From Fimbriimonadales bacterium (GTDB lineage: Bacteria > Armatimonadota > Fimbriimonadia > Fimbriimonadales > JABRVX01), in assembly GCA_045862955.1 (NCBI GenBank), contig BTVI01000012.1, positions 18,453 through 82,452 on the forward strand: 64,000 bases of DNA, in the 5' to 3' direction. Below, piece after piece: positions 19,285 to 28,930 of the stretch; positions within the stretch are counted from its first letter, which is position 1, and each line of letters starts with the position of its first letter. The position numbers were made by a program, and so were the translations under genes. Below the pieces are notes generated by a model. That model saw only the letters and a program-made list of their open reading frames with translations. It did no database searches and was not told the DNA's origin.

Positions 19285-20448
19285 ATGAACGGCAAAGGTT
19301 ACGCCCTGAGCGATGACCCCTGGGACCTTCACCGGCGTGCCGACCGCGACCGCATGAGGCACAACGAGAAGCTGAAGGAAGTCATCAAGCAGAACCTGGG
19401 CGAGATCATCAGCCAGCAAGACATCATCACCGCGGACGATGGCAAGATCGTGAAGGTGCCCGTCCGCGGCCTGGAGCTACCGCGCCTGCGATTCGACCCC
19501 CACAGCGGGAAGGAGGTCGGGCACGGCGAAGGCGGAACGCAGCCGGGCGACATCATCGGCAGGGCACCCTCTGAGAAATCGGGCCAGGGCAAGCAAGCGG
19601 GCCAAGAGCCGGGAGTGGACTTCTACGAGGCGGAGTTCACCATCGAGGAGCTCGCCGAGATGGTGTTCGAGGACCTTCACCTGCCCGACCTGAAGGACAA
19701 GGGTGCACAGAACATCCTGGGGGAAGAGGCCGACTTCAACACGGTGGCTCGCAAGGGCCTGCAAGCGAACCTCGACCGCAAACGCACGCTGCTGGAGGCG
19801 TGGAAGCGCAACGCGCGAGAGGGCAAGCCGGGTTGGGAGATTCGCCCCGAGGACCGCAGATACCGAACCTGGGAGATGGTTCCGCAGCCTCAGCGCAACG
19901 CGGTCATCTTCGCCATGCGCGACGTTTCCGGCTCGATGGGCGAGTTCGAGGCGTACATCTGTCGCAGCTTCTACTACTGGATGGTCCGGTTCCTGCGCAA
20001 GTTCTACACCGGCCTGGAGATCGTCTTCATTACCTGCCACACGGAGGCGAAGGAGGTCAGCGAGGCCGACTTCTTTGCCGCAGGCGATTCGGGCGGCACG
20101 AAGCTGTCGGCTGCTTACAAGCTGACGCTGGACCTGATCGAGAAGCGATACGACAGCCGAGAGTGGAACATCTATCCTTTCCTGTTCTCCGACGGCTACA
20201 ACTGGGGAGATCAGGAGTGCGTGGAGCTGGTTCGAAAGCTGCTCGACCACAGCAACCTGATCGGCTACGGGGAGATCGCCAGCGACGTCTGGAGCCAGCA
20301 GCCCGGCCTCGCGCCTCTGGGACAAGCGTTCATGGACGCCTTCGAAGGCGACGAGCGCATGGTGGTCGTGAAGGTGTGCAAGAAGGAAGACGTTTGGCCT
20401 GCGCTGCGAGAGTTCTTCTCGAAGAGCAGGGACGCGGCACGCATCTAG
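19285..20448 (+). CDS. yhbH: YeaH/YhbH (DUF444) vWA-like protein
   Basis: AVIFAMRDVSGSMG, SGGT, WNIYPFLFSDGYNW; located downstream of prkA. Confidence 0.92.
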   Translation: MNGKGYALSDDPWDLHRRADRDRMRHNEKLKEVIKQNLGEIISQQDIITADDGKIVKVPVRGLELPRLRFDPHSGKEVGHGEGGTQPGDIIGRAPSEKSGQGKQAGQEPGVDFYEAEFTIEELAEMVFEDLHLPDLKDKGAQNILGEEADFNTVARKGLQANLDRKRTLLEAWKRNAREGKPGWEIRPEDRRYRTWEMVPQPQRNAVIFAMRDVSGSMGEFEAYICRSFYYWMVRFLRKFYTGLEIVFITCHTEAKEVSEADFFAAGDSGGTKLSAAYKLTLDLIEKRYDSREWNIYPFLFSDGYNWGDQECVELVRKLLDHSNLIGYGEIASDVWSQQPGLAPLGQAFMDAFEGDERMVVVKVCKKEDVWPALREFFSKSRDAARI

Positions 20449-20536
20449 TTCCCCACGTCGGGTTCAGGCGTGCGCATCGGGCTGCGCCGAAGCACCTTGA
20501 AAACCAGGGAATCCGAAAAAAATCACGCCGGCACTC

Positions 20537-20565
20537 TTGACAATGCCGCCACTCTTTGATATGCT
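20537..20565 (+). promoter_or_regulatory. Near-consensus sigma70 promoter with extended -10
   Basis: TTGACA (20537-20542), 17-nt spacer, TGn-TATGCT (20560-20565). Confidence 0.7.
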
Positions 20566-20625
20566 AAGCATGTAATTGGAATGCGCGCCGTTCGGGGTTA
20601 GGCAGCCCGAGGCGCGGTTGGGAGG

Positions 20626-21537
20626 ATGGTAGTGCGCCCTATGCTTGGTATGGGGTCGGCCGCGCTGGCCCCTCTGTTTCTCTTCTCCTCGGCTCTAGCC
20701 GACCAGCCCGTATACACCAGCTCTATAGGTCTGGCACTGGATCCCTTCGACATGTCGAAGGGGGTCGTCACCTACACGGTCACGACCTCATGGGAGTTCG
20801 ATGGCGGCGTGTCGAACCCCACGATTGAGGAAGGAGAAGCCCTCGGCTTCACTTGGGAGATCCGGTTCGCCATCACCCAGCGTGGAGGGCGAGGCTTCAC
20901 CCCTGCGATCGTGCTGCGAATGCCCGACGGCGTCTATACGCCCGGGCAACCCGTGTGGGGGCAGACCGGCGAATGCTGGCTGGGTGTCATGGGTGACGCC
21001 GTGTTCGACTACGACTTGCCGTGGAGCGTGGAGTCGGACAACGGTCTCGGCACGGATCAAGGCCTCACCGCTGGGCCCGGTGAGATGATGGGTGAGATGT
21101 GGGCTGTTGCCCACGCAGAGACCATCTATGATCCTCGCGGCCTGGAGTACTGCCGTAACTTCTATGGCGACGGTGGCTGGGTCCGAATACGTGGGTGGAT
21201 CCGGGGTATGCGGATGCCCGGCATGCCAATGAGCGAACACTTCGTGATCGATGGCATGTGGGGACATGTCCCGCCGCACGGAATGTGGGGCGAAGGGCAG
21301 CGCTGCTTCCCCACCGGCATCGTGACAGATCCCGATGTCTCGACTGCTCCGTGGGAAGGGGGCACTCTGTGGGCTCACGGCGGTAAGGGCTACACCGACA
21401 ACATGGCCTGGCGCTCCTTCAACGTGGTGCCAGAACCGGGTTCCCTGGCAATCTTGTGCTTCGGCTTCGCTGCTCTCGGACTGAGAGGTAGGAAGCATGA
21501 CACAAGCGGAACGAGAGGAACTGAACCGATGGCTTGA
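20626..21537 (+). CDS. PEP-CTERM sorting domain secreted protein
   Basis: N-terminal signal peptide; C-terminal VPEPGSLAILCFGFAALGLRGRK. Confidence 0.88.
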   Translation: MVVRPMLGMGSAALAPLFLFSSALADQPVYTSSIGLALDPFDMSKGVVTYTVTTSWEFDGGVSNPTIEEGEALGFTWEIRFAITQRGGRGFTPAIVLRMPDGVYTPGQPVWGQTGECWLGVMGDAVFDYDLPWSVESDNGLGTDQGLTAGPGEMMGEMWAVAHAETIYDPRGLEYCRNFYGDGGWVRIRGWIRGMRMPGMPMSEHFVIDGMWGHVPPHGMWGEGQRCFPTGIVTDPDVSTAPWEGGTLWAHGGKGYTDNMAWRSFNVVPEPGSLAILCFGFAALGLRGRKHDTSGTRGTEPMA

Positions 21538-22939
21538 GGCCATCTACGAGAAGGCGCTGGAGATGGGACTCGACCCATTTCCGGTGCACTTCGAGGTGGT
21601 ACCGGATCATGTCATCTATGAGCTGGGGGCCTACGGGCTCCCGGCTCGATTCTCACACTGGACCTTCGGGCGGGACTACCACCGCATGAAGACCAGTTAC
21701 GAGTACAACCTGACACGCATTTACGAGATCATCTTCAACACCGATCCCTCGCAGGCCTTCCTGTTAGACAGCAACTCGATGCTGAGCCATAAGCTGGTTG
21801 CAGCTCACTGTTACGGACACAGCGACTTCTTCAAGAACAACACCTACTTCCAGCACACGGACCGCAGCATGATCGAGCGGGCCCGCCTTCACGCCGAGCG
21901 GATTCGTAAGTATCAGATGGAGCACGGCCCGGAGGTCGTAGAGCGTTTCCTCGATGCCGCTATGAGTATTCAGGAGCATCTGGACCCGGCAAAGATGTCG
22001 CGGCCTACTACCGAGCCTTCCTCGCAACCGAAGGAGAGTGAACCCCCTCCCCGGGGCCCCTATGACGACATCTGGTACGTTGTCGAGGAGAAGCCAGCGC
22101 CTCCGCCTCGCGAGCAGCGGTTCCCGCCGGAACCCGAGAAGGACCTACTCCTGTTCCTGCGCGACTACGCCCGCGATCTCGAGCCGTGGCAGCGAGACTG
22201 CCTAGAGATTCTTCGCGACGAGATGCTGTACTTCTTGCCCCAGATGCGAACCAAGATCATGAACGAAGGATGGGCCTCATACTGGCACGAGAAAATCCTG
22301 GAATCCTTGCCACTCTCATCGGAAGAGCATCTGGAGTTTCGTCGCATGCATAGTGCCGTGCTATCTCCCGGTGGCAGCGTGCACCTCAACCCATACTACG
22401 TGGGCTACCAGCTCTTCAAGGACATCGAGAGACGATGGAACGGCGAACCCGACCCCGATGGCGAGCCAGAGGAAGACTGGCTGGGTGACATTATCCAGCG
22501 GCCGACCGGGCAAGGGCGTGAGAGAATATTCCGGGCACGCCTGGAGGACGATGATCAGAGCTTCCTGGGCAAGTACCTAACTGCCGGACTGTGCAAGCGC
22601 ATGGACCTTTTCACCTATAAGATGGAAGAGGTCAACGGCGAGATGGTGTGGGTGGTGCAAGAGACCGATTGGCGCAAGGTGCGAGATGCGCTGGTAGCGC
22701 AGATGACGAACCTCGGCGCCCCGTATGTGACGGTGGAGGATGGCGACTTCGAGCACCGCGGTGAGCTGCTGCTGCGACACCACTACGACGGTCGTCCTCT
22801 CGACTTCGACTACACGGCGCGTACCCTGCGCAACATCACCTACATCTGGGGCCGACCGGTCCACATCGATACCGTGTCTAACGATGAACCGGTACGCATC
22901 TCCTGCGACGGAGAGAACATCACTCAGACTGGGACGTAG
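21497..22939 (+). CDS. spoVR: SpoVR/YcgB family protein
   Basis: AYGLPARFSHWTFG, AHCYGHSDFFKNN, PQMRTKIMNEGWASYWH, NPYYVG. Confidence 0.95.
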   Translation: MTQAEREELNRWLEAIYEKALEMGLDPFPVHFEVVPDHVIYELGAYGLPARFSHWTFGRDYHRMKTSYEYNLTRIYEIIFNTDPSQAFLLDSNSMLSHKLVAAHCYGHSDFFKNNTYFQHTDRSMIERARLHAERIRKYQMEHGPEVVERFLDAAMSIQEHLDPAKMSRPTTEPSSQPKESEPPPRGPYDDIWYVVEEKPAPPPREQRFPPEPEKDLLLFLRDYARDLEPWQRDCLEILRDEMLYFLPQMRTKIMNEGWASYWHEKILESLPLSSEEHLEFRRMHSAVLSPGGSVHLNPYYVGYQLFKDIERRWNGEPDPDGEPEEDWLGDIIQRPTGQGRERIFRARLEDDDQSFLGKYLTAGLCKRMDLFTYKMEEVNGEMVWVVQETDWRKVRDALVAQMTNLGAPYVTVEDGDFEHRGELLLRHHYDGRPLDFDYTARTLRNITYIWGRPVHIDTVSNDEPVRISCDGENITQTGT

Positions 22940-23039
22940 CACGTATGCTGCTGGCCAGGCGAGTCTATCGCGTGGCTTCATGCCCTGGCCCGCGCCCTGG
23001 TCGGCAACTACCCTCCCACCCGCGACGAGGCCAGGGACC

Positions 23040-23730
23040 GCGCCGGGGCATGGAAAAGCGGGCTGGGGCATGGAGACGTTTCGGCATAGAATCTCCCTCC
23101 CTCTCCCCCGTTCGCGGGGGAGAGGGTTGGGGTGAGGGGGGCATCACCAGCCGCTGGAGTCGGGTGCCTCGACGTTCGGCTGCTCAAAGAGTCGCTGGGA
23201 GAGTAGCTTGGCGGCAGACGGCAGCCGAAACGTCTAGGCATGGGAAAGCGGGCCGGGGCATAGAGACGTCTCGGCATAAAAACGTCTAGGCATGGAAACG
23301 TCATGCTGAGCTTGTCGAAGCATGCCCTCGCCTGCCGCATGGTAGTACCGGGAGTCCGTCATGCTGAGCTTGTCGAAGCATGCGCTGGAGCGCCGCCACC
23401 TAACACCTCTTCGCACTATGCCACAGCCGAAACCTTCAGACATCTTCTGTCCGGGGAGTACGCTGACACCGCGCCGTCGAGGCATGCCCCGGCGCGGTCC
23501 TTGGGTTCGCGCTGTTCGTCTGGTGGATGCAGAGCGACGGACGCGGGCCGGGGCATGGAGACGCCTCGGCATAAAATCTCCCTCCCTCTCCCCCGTTTGC
23601 GGGGGAGAGGGTTGGGGTGAGGGGGCATCACCAGCCGCTGGAGTCGGGTGCCTCGACGTTCGGCTGCTCGAAGAGTCGCTGGGAGAGTAGCTTGGCAGCA
23701 GACGGCAGCCGAAACGTCGAGGCATGGAAA
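23040..23730 (+). repeat. Mosaic repeat region: a duplicated ~190-nt unit plus two GTCATGCTGAGCTTGTCGAAGCATG repeats
   Basis: Near-identical units at ~23058-23247 and ~23543-23730 contain a CCCTCTCCCCCG..CGGGGGAGAGGG hairpin; the 25-mers lie at 23300 and 23358. Confidence 0.88.
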
Positions 23731-24077
23731 CACCTTCATCGGGGTTCATTGCGTATGCCCTACCCGGCTGAACGGCTACGACGAGCCACGCAGAGTCCGA
23801 CGTCGGCGTCTCGGTTCAGGTGTTGTGGCGGAGCGGGCAGCCGGTCACGCTGATGCAGTTGGTGGACCCGCGCACGATGCTCCTGGGCAGGGGCAAGGTG
23901 CTTCGGAACCACAACACCCCGCCCGTGGGTGGGTGCCGAACCTCGGTAGAGATCGCCCTGGATGGACCCGCCGACACGCGAGAGAAGGGCTTCCATCAGC
24001 CCTTCATCTGTGGCGACCACGTCCGCGACTTTCAAGCTTACGGTCAGATGTACGACATAGCAACCGAGCCCATCTAG
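23729..24077 (+). pseudogene. C-terminal remnant of an L-fucose-isomerase-like protein
   Basis: NTFIGVHCVCPTRLNGYDEP, then a frame change to HAESDVGVSVQVLWR...GGCRT...GFHQ...GDH; no N-terminus, truncated at the repeats. Confidence 0.6.
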
Positions 24078-24180
24078 CTCGCAACTCCCCTCCGATAAGC
24101 CCGAGATGCCTCGGAACCGACAATGATTTGGATATGTGCGAAGTTCCAGATGCCTCGGGCCACGTCGAGGGGGGTTGCCA

Positions 24181-25518
24181 ATGAACGATTACCGCAAGCT
24201 GGGAGAATTGCTGGTATCGAAGGGATTGATCAGCAGCCTTCAGCTATCTATCGCCCTCGCGGCACAGCGCACCTCCAGCAGGCGGCTGGGGGAGATTCTG
24301 GTCGAGCGCGGGTTCGCCACCGAAGCCGCCATCGCGCACTGCTTGGCGGAGCAGTACGGCTACCCGCTTCTCACCCGGGATCAGATGCAGGCCCAGCCAG
24401 AAGCTCTCGCCCTGATCCAGCCTGAGACTGCCATCACGATGAGGGTCTTGCCGCTCGCCCTGTCGGGAACGACGCTGGAATGCGCAATCTGTGACCCGCT
24501 CGATATCCAGAGCACCGACGCCATCACCCGAATGACGGGGCGAAATCTGGCGGTGAAGATCGCATCGCCGTCCGACCTGTTGGCCGCCATTCGCGTGGCA
24601 TACGGCCTTGCCGAGTCCCTTCCGGAAGGCGTTTTCTCGCGAGTGCAGTCCCTGCCGAAGCGGTTTCGTAACGCCGAGCCTCGTCGCTGTGTGGATTCCG
24701 TGGCGCTTTTCGACGCGTGGGACGAGGTTCTCGAGCGACCCGTCACCCTTGCTTCCGTGCCCGAGCAGTCGCCCGAGGCCACACACCAGTTCGTCTTGGC
24801 CAAGTCGGCGGCACGAGTGCACGCCGATACGGTCGCGGCGGTGTACGACTGGTTCCCATCCGAAGGCTACCGCTGGACGGTGTTCGAACAGCTCGAAGGC
24901 GAGAACCTGCAGCACGTGCTGCGAACCCGAGGCTCACGCTCGATCGCTCAGGCAACCCAACTCGTGGCAGCTCTGGCGGATGGGGTGGACGCACTGAGCC
25001 GCAAGGGGGGTTCGTGTGACATCGTATGCCCGGCGAACGTGCTGATCACGCCGGGCGGACCGCTGTGGGTGCCTCTGGTTCGCCCTCCGGCGGACTACCT
25101 CGCGCCGGAAAGCCTCGGACAAGCGGGCGGGGCGACGAGCGCCGTGTTCCCGCTCGGCACCCTACTGTGGCACTGCGTGACGGGCAGAAACCCACACGAG
25201 ACGGGCGCGAGCCAAACGAAGTGGGCGCATCCGCACGAGGAGGACTGCCGGCTGCCGGCAGCTCTGCGGGAGATCCTAGCCCGGTGCCTCGATGCCGATC
25301 CGGAGCAGCGGTTCTCCTCGCCGCTGCAGCTCAGCCAGGTGTTGCGCTCCTACAGCTGGTCTGCTGAGACGCCGGAAGCTCCTTCTCCGACGGTCGAAGC
25401 GAACCAAGATCGAGACCGGCTGCTCGATCTGGTGGTGGTGCACGGGGAGCAGCAGAGTCGCGAGCCGTTCTGGAGGCGCTGGCTCGGAGGTCGGGACCGC
25501 GGCGCGAGGATGGCATGA
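24181..25518 (+). CDS. MshEN (GspE N-terminal) domain fused to a degenerate Ser/Thr kinase-like domain
   Basis: RKLGELLVSKGLI..QL..ALAAQ and RRLGEILVERGF motifs; kinase-like D.VLERPV, VYDW, PANVLI, YLAPE, LGTLLW..VTG..P, RCLDADPEQRF. Confidence 0.82.
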   Translation: MNDYRKLGELLVSKGLISSLQLSIALAAQRTSSRRLGEILVERGFATEAAIAHCLAEQYGYPLLTRDQMQAQPEALALIQPETAITMRVLPLALSGTTLECAICDPLDIQSTDAITRMTGRNLAVKIASPSDLLAAIRVAYGLAESLPEGVFSRVQSLPKRFRNAEPRRCVDSVALFDAWDEVLERPVTLASVPEQSPEATHQFVLAKSAARVHADTVAAVYDWFPSEGYRWTVFEQLEGENLQHVLRTRGSRSIAQATQLVAALADGVDALSRKGGSCDIVCPANVLITPGGPLWVPLVRPPADYLAPESLGQAGGATSAVFPLGTLLWHCVTGRNPHETGASQTKWAHPHEEDCRLPAALREILARCLDADPEQRFSSPLQLSQVLRSYSWSAETPEAPSPTVEANQDRDRLLDLVVVHGEQQSREPFWRRWLGGRDRGARMA

Positions 25519-25551
25519 CGGTGCGGAGACTAGGTTGGGGGCTCGCGTAGG

Positions 25552-26358
25552 ATGAAAACGATTGCAGTAACCAGCGGAAAGGGCGGAGTCGGCAAGACGA
25601 ACCTGTCGGCGAACCTCGGACTTGCGCTCGCTTCGCTGCAGAAGCGAGTGGTGATCTTCGATGCAGACCTCGGCCTGGCCAACTTGGACGTGGTGCTGGG
25701 TACGCGGGCTCCGTTCAGCTTGCAGAACGTCGTGTCTGGCGAGAAGAGGCTCGCCGACGTCGTCGCCTCGGGACCCGGAGGGGTCCGGTACATCGCAGGG
25801 GGGTCCGGTGTGGATGCGCTAGTCAACCTGAGCGGTCCCCAACTCGAGTCGTTCCTCATGGGATTGGAGGAACTTCAGGGCACGACCGACTACCTCATCT
25901 TCGATACCGGCGCCGGGGTGGACGCCCACGTAATGATGTTCCTAGAAGCTGCGGACGAGACGCTGCTGGTCGCGACTCCCGATCCCGCTAGCCTTACGGA
26001 CGCTTACGCAACCGCCAAAGTGCTGTACGGCCGCAAGCCGGATGCGGTGGTGCGGCTAGTCGTGAATATGGCGGAGGACGACGCCCAGGCTTCCGCCCTC
26101 TGTGTGAAGCTGCAGTCTATCGTCAAGCAGTTCCTCGGGAAGTCCCTGCAGTATGCCGGCGCGATCCGCCACGACCCCAAAGCGGTCCAGTACATTCGGC
26201 AGCGCAAGCCGTTCTTGCTTGCCGATAGGGGGCTGCCTGCCTCACGTGGCGTGCTCGCGATAGCGTCTGCCATGGTGGGACAGACGATGGAACAAGAGCA
26301 GGGAGGACTTGTCAGCCGCCTCCGCTCGGTATTCGGGCTGGACCGCAAGTCGGCCTAG
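25552..26358 (+). CDS. flhG: MinD/ParA-like ATPase, FlhG/FleN type
   Basis: IAVTSGKGGVGKT, DADLGLANLDV, DTGAG, TPDPASLTDAYA. Confidence 0.85.
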   Translation: MKTIAVTSGKGGVGKTNLSANLGLALASLQKRVVIFDADLGLANLDVVLGTRAPFSLQNVVSGEKRLADVVASGPGGVRYIAGGSGVDALVNLSGPQLESFLMGLEELQGTTDYLIFDTGAGVDAHVMMFLEAADETLLVATPDPASLTDAYATAKVLYGRKPDAVVRLVVNMAEDDAQASALCVKLQSIVKQFLGKSLQYAGAIRHDPKAVQYIRQRKPFLLADRGLPASRGVLAIASAMVGQTMEQEQGGLVSRLRSVFGLDRKSA

Positions 26359-26936
26359 CGCAGTTCTGCCTGGTCAATGGTGTGGATGAGGCTCTGAGCG
26401 ACCTGACGCGCGTTGGCTAGGAACTCCTCGAACTCGCGTCTCAGCCGGGTCTGCTCGGCCTCGAACTCCTCGCGCTTCTGGCGCGTCTCCTTGTCGAACC
26501 GCTCCGCTCGCTCCATGGCGGCCCGAAGGATGCCGTCGCTCTCCTTGCGAGCTCGAGCTTTCATCTGCTCTGCCGCTTCCTGCGCCGCCGCGAGGATCTC
26601 TTCCGTGCGGTTGCGGTCGGCGGTTATCTGTTGGCCCAGCGCAGCACGCTCCGTCTCGAGCCGAGCCACTTCCTGGCGAAGCGCCTCCAGCTCGGACTCG
26701 GCCTGTGCGCGGGCCGCCCGCTCAGCATCCAACTCCGCACGCAGATTGGCGAGTTCGGCCGCGGCCGCATCGGCCTGCTCTCGAAGGCGCACTCGTTCGG
26801 CCTCCAATGCCCGAACCTGAGCCGTCGTCTGCTCGATCTCGCGTCCTAGCTGGTCCAGATACTCGTGAACTTCCGGGGGCGAGTAGCCTCGGAAGGCGAG
26901 CCGAAACAGCGGTTCGCGGTCAGTTTCCCTTGCCAT
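26355..26936 (-). CDS. divIVA: DivIVA domain coiled-coil protein
   Basis: F...FRGYSPPEVHEYLD N-terminal motif followed by a long coiled coil. Confidence 0.78.
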   Translation of the reverse strand: MARETDREPLFRLAFRGYSPPEVHEYLDQLGREIEQTTAQVRALEAERVRLREQADAAAAELANLRAELDAERAARAQAESELEALRQEVARLETERAALGQQITADRNRTEEILAAAQEAAEQMKARARKESDGILRAAMERAERFDKETRQKREEFEAEQTRLRREFEEFLANARQVAQSLIHTIDQAELR

Positions 26937-27079
26937 GGGTTCGCCTCTTCGCTGGTCTATACGCCACTACGGCAAGTGGCGTGCCGCAGGCGAGGCCCGC
27001 CGCAGCCAGCCCCAGAACCCGCCGATTTGCCGGGGCTGCCCAGCATAGCTTGACCCGCGCGACTTGACCTACGGTTGTC

Positions 27080-27373
27080 TCAGACGCACACCTTCGCGGG
27101 GGTGGCGAACACGCGCAAGGCCACCGGCTTTCGGCTCTCGTGGGTCTCGCAGAACTCCTTGAGCTTCTCGCAGACTTGAGCGGCGAGTTCGTCCGGCATG
27201 ACGCTGATGAACAGAGTGTTCTGGCCAGGCGACATGTGCGAGCCTCGCCGTCCGGCCTCGCCGACACCCGAGAAACCGGACTGTCGCGTGTATCCCGGCA
27301 CTTCGAGTTCCTCCAGGATCTTCGTGACGCGGTAGTCCACTCCCGTCTCGCACACGATGAACAGCATCTGCAT
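27080..27373 (-). CDS. P-II/GlnB-like small protein
   Basis: 97 aa; GYT....GVGEAG.R.....PG.N pattern; AGGAGG RBS. Confidence 0.75.
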   Translation of the reverse strand: MQMLFIVCETGVDYRVTKILEELEVPGYTRQSGFSGVGEAGRRGSHMSPGQNTLFISVMPDELAAQVCEKLKEFCETHESRKPVALRVFATPAKVCV

Positions 27374-27516
27374 CTCCCGCCTCCTGTTGCGTAGGGTAAG
27401 AGTGCGATGCCGCAGCGCCGCGGCTCACGCCGTCCCGCGCCGCGCAGCTCCATTATAATGATCCACGCACGAATCGTGTCTCTCTGCCCTCTCTGCCCCC
27501 GAGGTAAGCTAGCCGC

Positions 27517-28170
27517 GTGAGCGCACCTGACGAACTGATGGCCCGGCTGCAGCGGCACGGCCCTGGTTCTCTGGCCCCGGTCGAGCTGCTTGCGCTCCTG
27601 GTGGAGTCCGGCCCCTGCGGCGAAGACCCACTGGATACGTCTCGCGAGCTGCTACAGAACTTAGGGGGCATCCGACGCCTCGGGAACATGGCGCCCGCCG
27701 ACTTACAAGGTCTTCCGGTGACTCCCGCTGCGTCGTGTCGGGTGCTGGCCGCCATCGAGCTCGGCCGGCGCGTATTTCACGCAGGTCTCGGCGAACGCAC
27801 GGTCATCTCTGGCCCCGAGGACGTCGCCCGGGAGTTCGCGCACCTCCGCGATGAGCGGCGCGAGCACTTCTGCGCCATCCTACTGGACTCGAAGGGGCAC
27901 ATCCTGAAGAGCCGGACGGTGTCCATCGGAGCGCTCGACACTACGGTGGTCCAGCCGCGAGAGGTGTTTCGGGAAGCCGTTCGCGAGGGCGCTGCCAGCG
28001 TCATCGTGGCGCACAACCACCCGAGCGGCGATCCCGAGCCGAGCGAGGAAGACTTGGCCGTGACGCGACGGTTGGCGGAGGCCGCACGGATTCTGGGCGT
28101 GGACCTCTTGGACCACGTGATTTTGGGAGAGAACCGCCACGTCAGTCTGCACGAGAGAGGTGTGATATGA
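27517..28170 (+). CDS. radC: RadC/UPF0758 JAB domain protein
   Basis: ELLALL, AAIELGRR, EHF, PREVFREAV, AHNHPSGDPEPSEED, LLDHVI. Confidence 0.93.
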   Translation: MSAPDELMARLQRHGPGSLAPVELLALLVESGPCGEDPLDTSRELLQNLGGIRRLGNMAPADLQGLPVTPAASCRVLAAIELGRRVFHAGLGERTVISGPEDVAREFAHLRDERREHFCAILLDSKGHILKSRTVSIGALDTTVVQPREVFREAVREGAASVIVAHNHPSGDPEPSEEDLAVTRRLAEAARILGVDLLDHVILGENRHVSLHERGVI

Positions 28171-28805
28171 GCGACTCGAGTTGGGCACAGGTGATGGAAG
28201 AATTGCGGCAAACCCTGAACCTTCAGCACCAAGGTCGAGAGGCAGCCTTGCCCCTGTGTAGGCAGGTGGTGCAATCCAGCTCCCGAGCGATCCGAAGCAT
28301 CCATCGTAAGGAGTTCGATGCGGCGCGCGCTAAGCTGGACGCGACCAGGCAGCTGGTGCGCGAGATGCAGGCCGCCCTGGCCCCCTACCCCGAGCTCTGC
28401 TATTCCAACTACCGGAGCGACGCCGAGAAGGAGTATGTCGAGGGTGAAGCAGTACTGGCAATGGTGCTAAACCAGCCGCTGCCCAACCCCGAGGACCTCG
28501 AAGTAACGATTCCGGCGTACCTGAACGGCATGGCGGAGGCAGCTTCCGAGTGCAGGCGGTACGTGCTGGACCTCATGCGTGCCGGCAACCTCTCCGAGGC
28601 CGACCGAATCATGGCCACGATGGAGGAGATCTACGACGAACTCATCACCGTGGACTTTCCCGATAGTCTTACGGGTGGGCTGAGACGAGCGTGCGACGCG
28701 TTGAGGACCGTGTTGGAGCGCACGCGCTCCGACCTCGCCCTTACGCACATCCAGACGGAGCTTCTCCGCGCGATCGGCAACGCGATGGACAAGTTGAACA
28801 AGTAG
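28167..28805 (+). CDS. Translin-like protein
   Basis: RE..L..CR......AI..IHR, KEYVEG, YLNGMAEAASECRR, GLRR.CD..R..LERT; ATGA overlap with radC. Confidence 0.8.
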   Translation: MSDSSWAQVMEELRQTLNLQHQGREAALPLCRQVVQSSSRAIRSIHRKEFDAARAKLDATRQLVREMQAALAPYPELCYSNYRSDAEKEYVEGEAVLAMVLNQPLPNPEDLEVTIPAYLNGMAEAASECRRYVLDLMRAGNLSEADRIMATMEEIYDELITVDFPDSLTGGLRRACDALRTVLERTRSDLALTHIQTELLRAIGNAMDKLNK

Positions 28806-28930
28806 GTTGGGCGCGATAACGCAATCCTGTGGTTGCTAGCTCGCTAAGCCGGCGTTATAATGATTGCGGGACACCCTGGCGATCCGAATCCCCATTCGCC
28901 GGCATTCGACCGTGTCCCAAGGAGAGTGGC

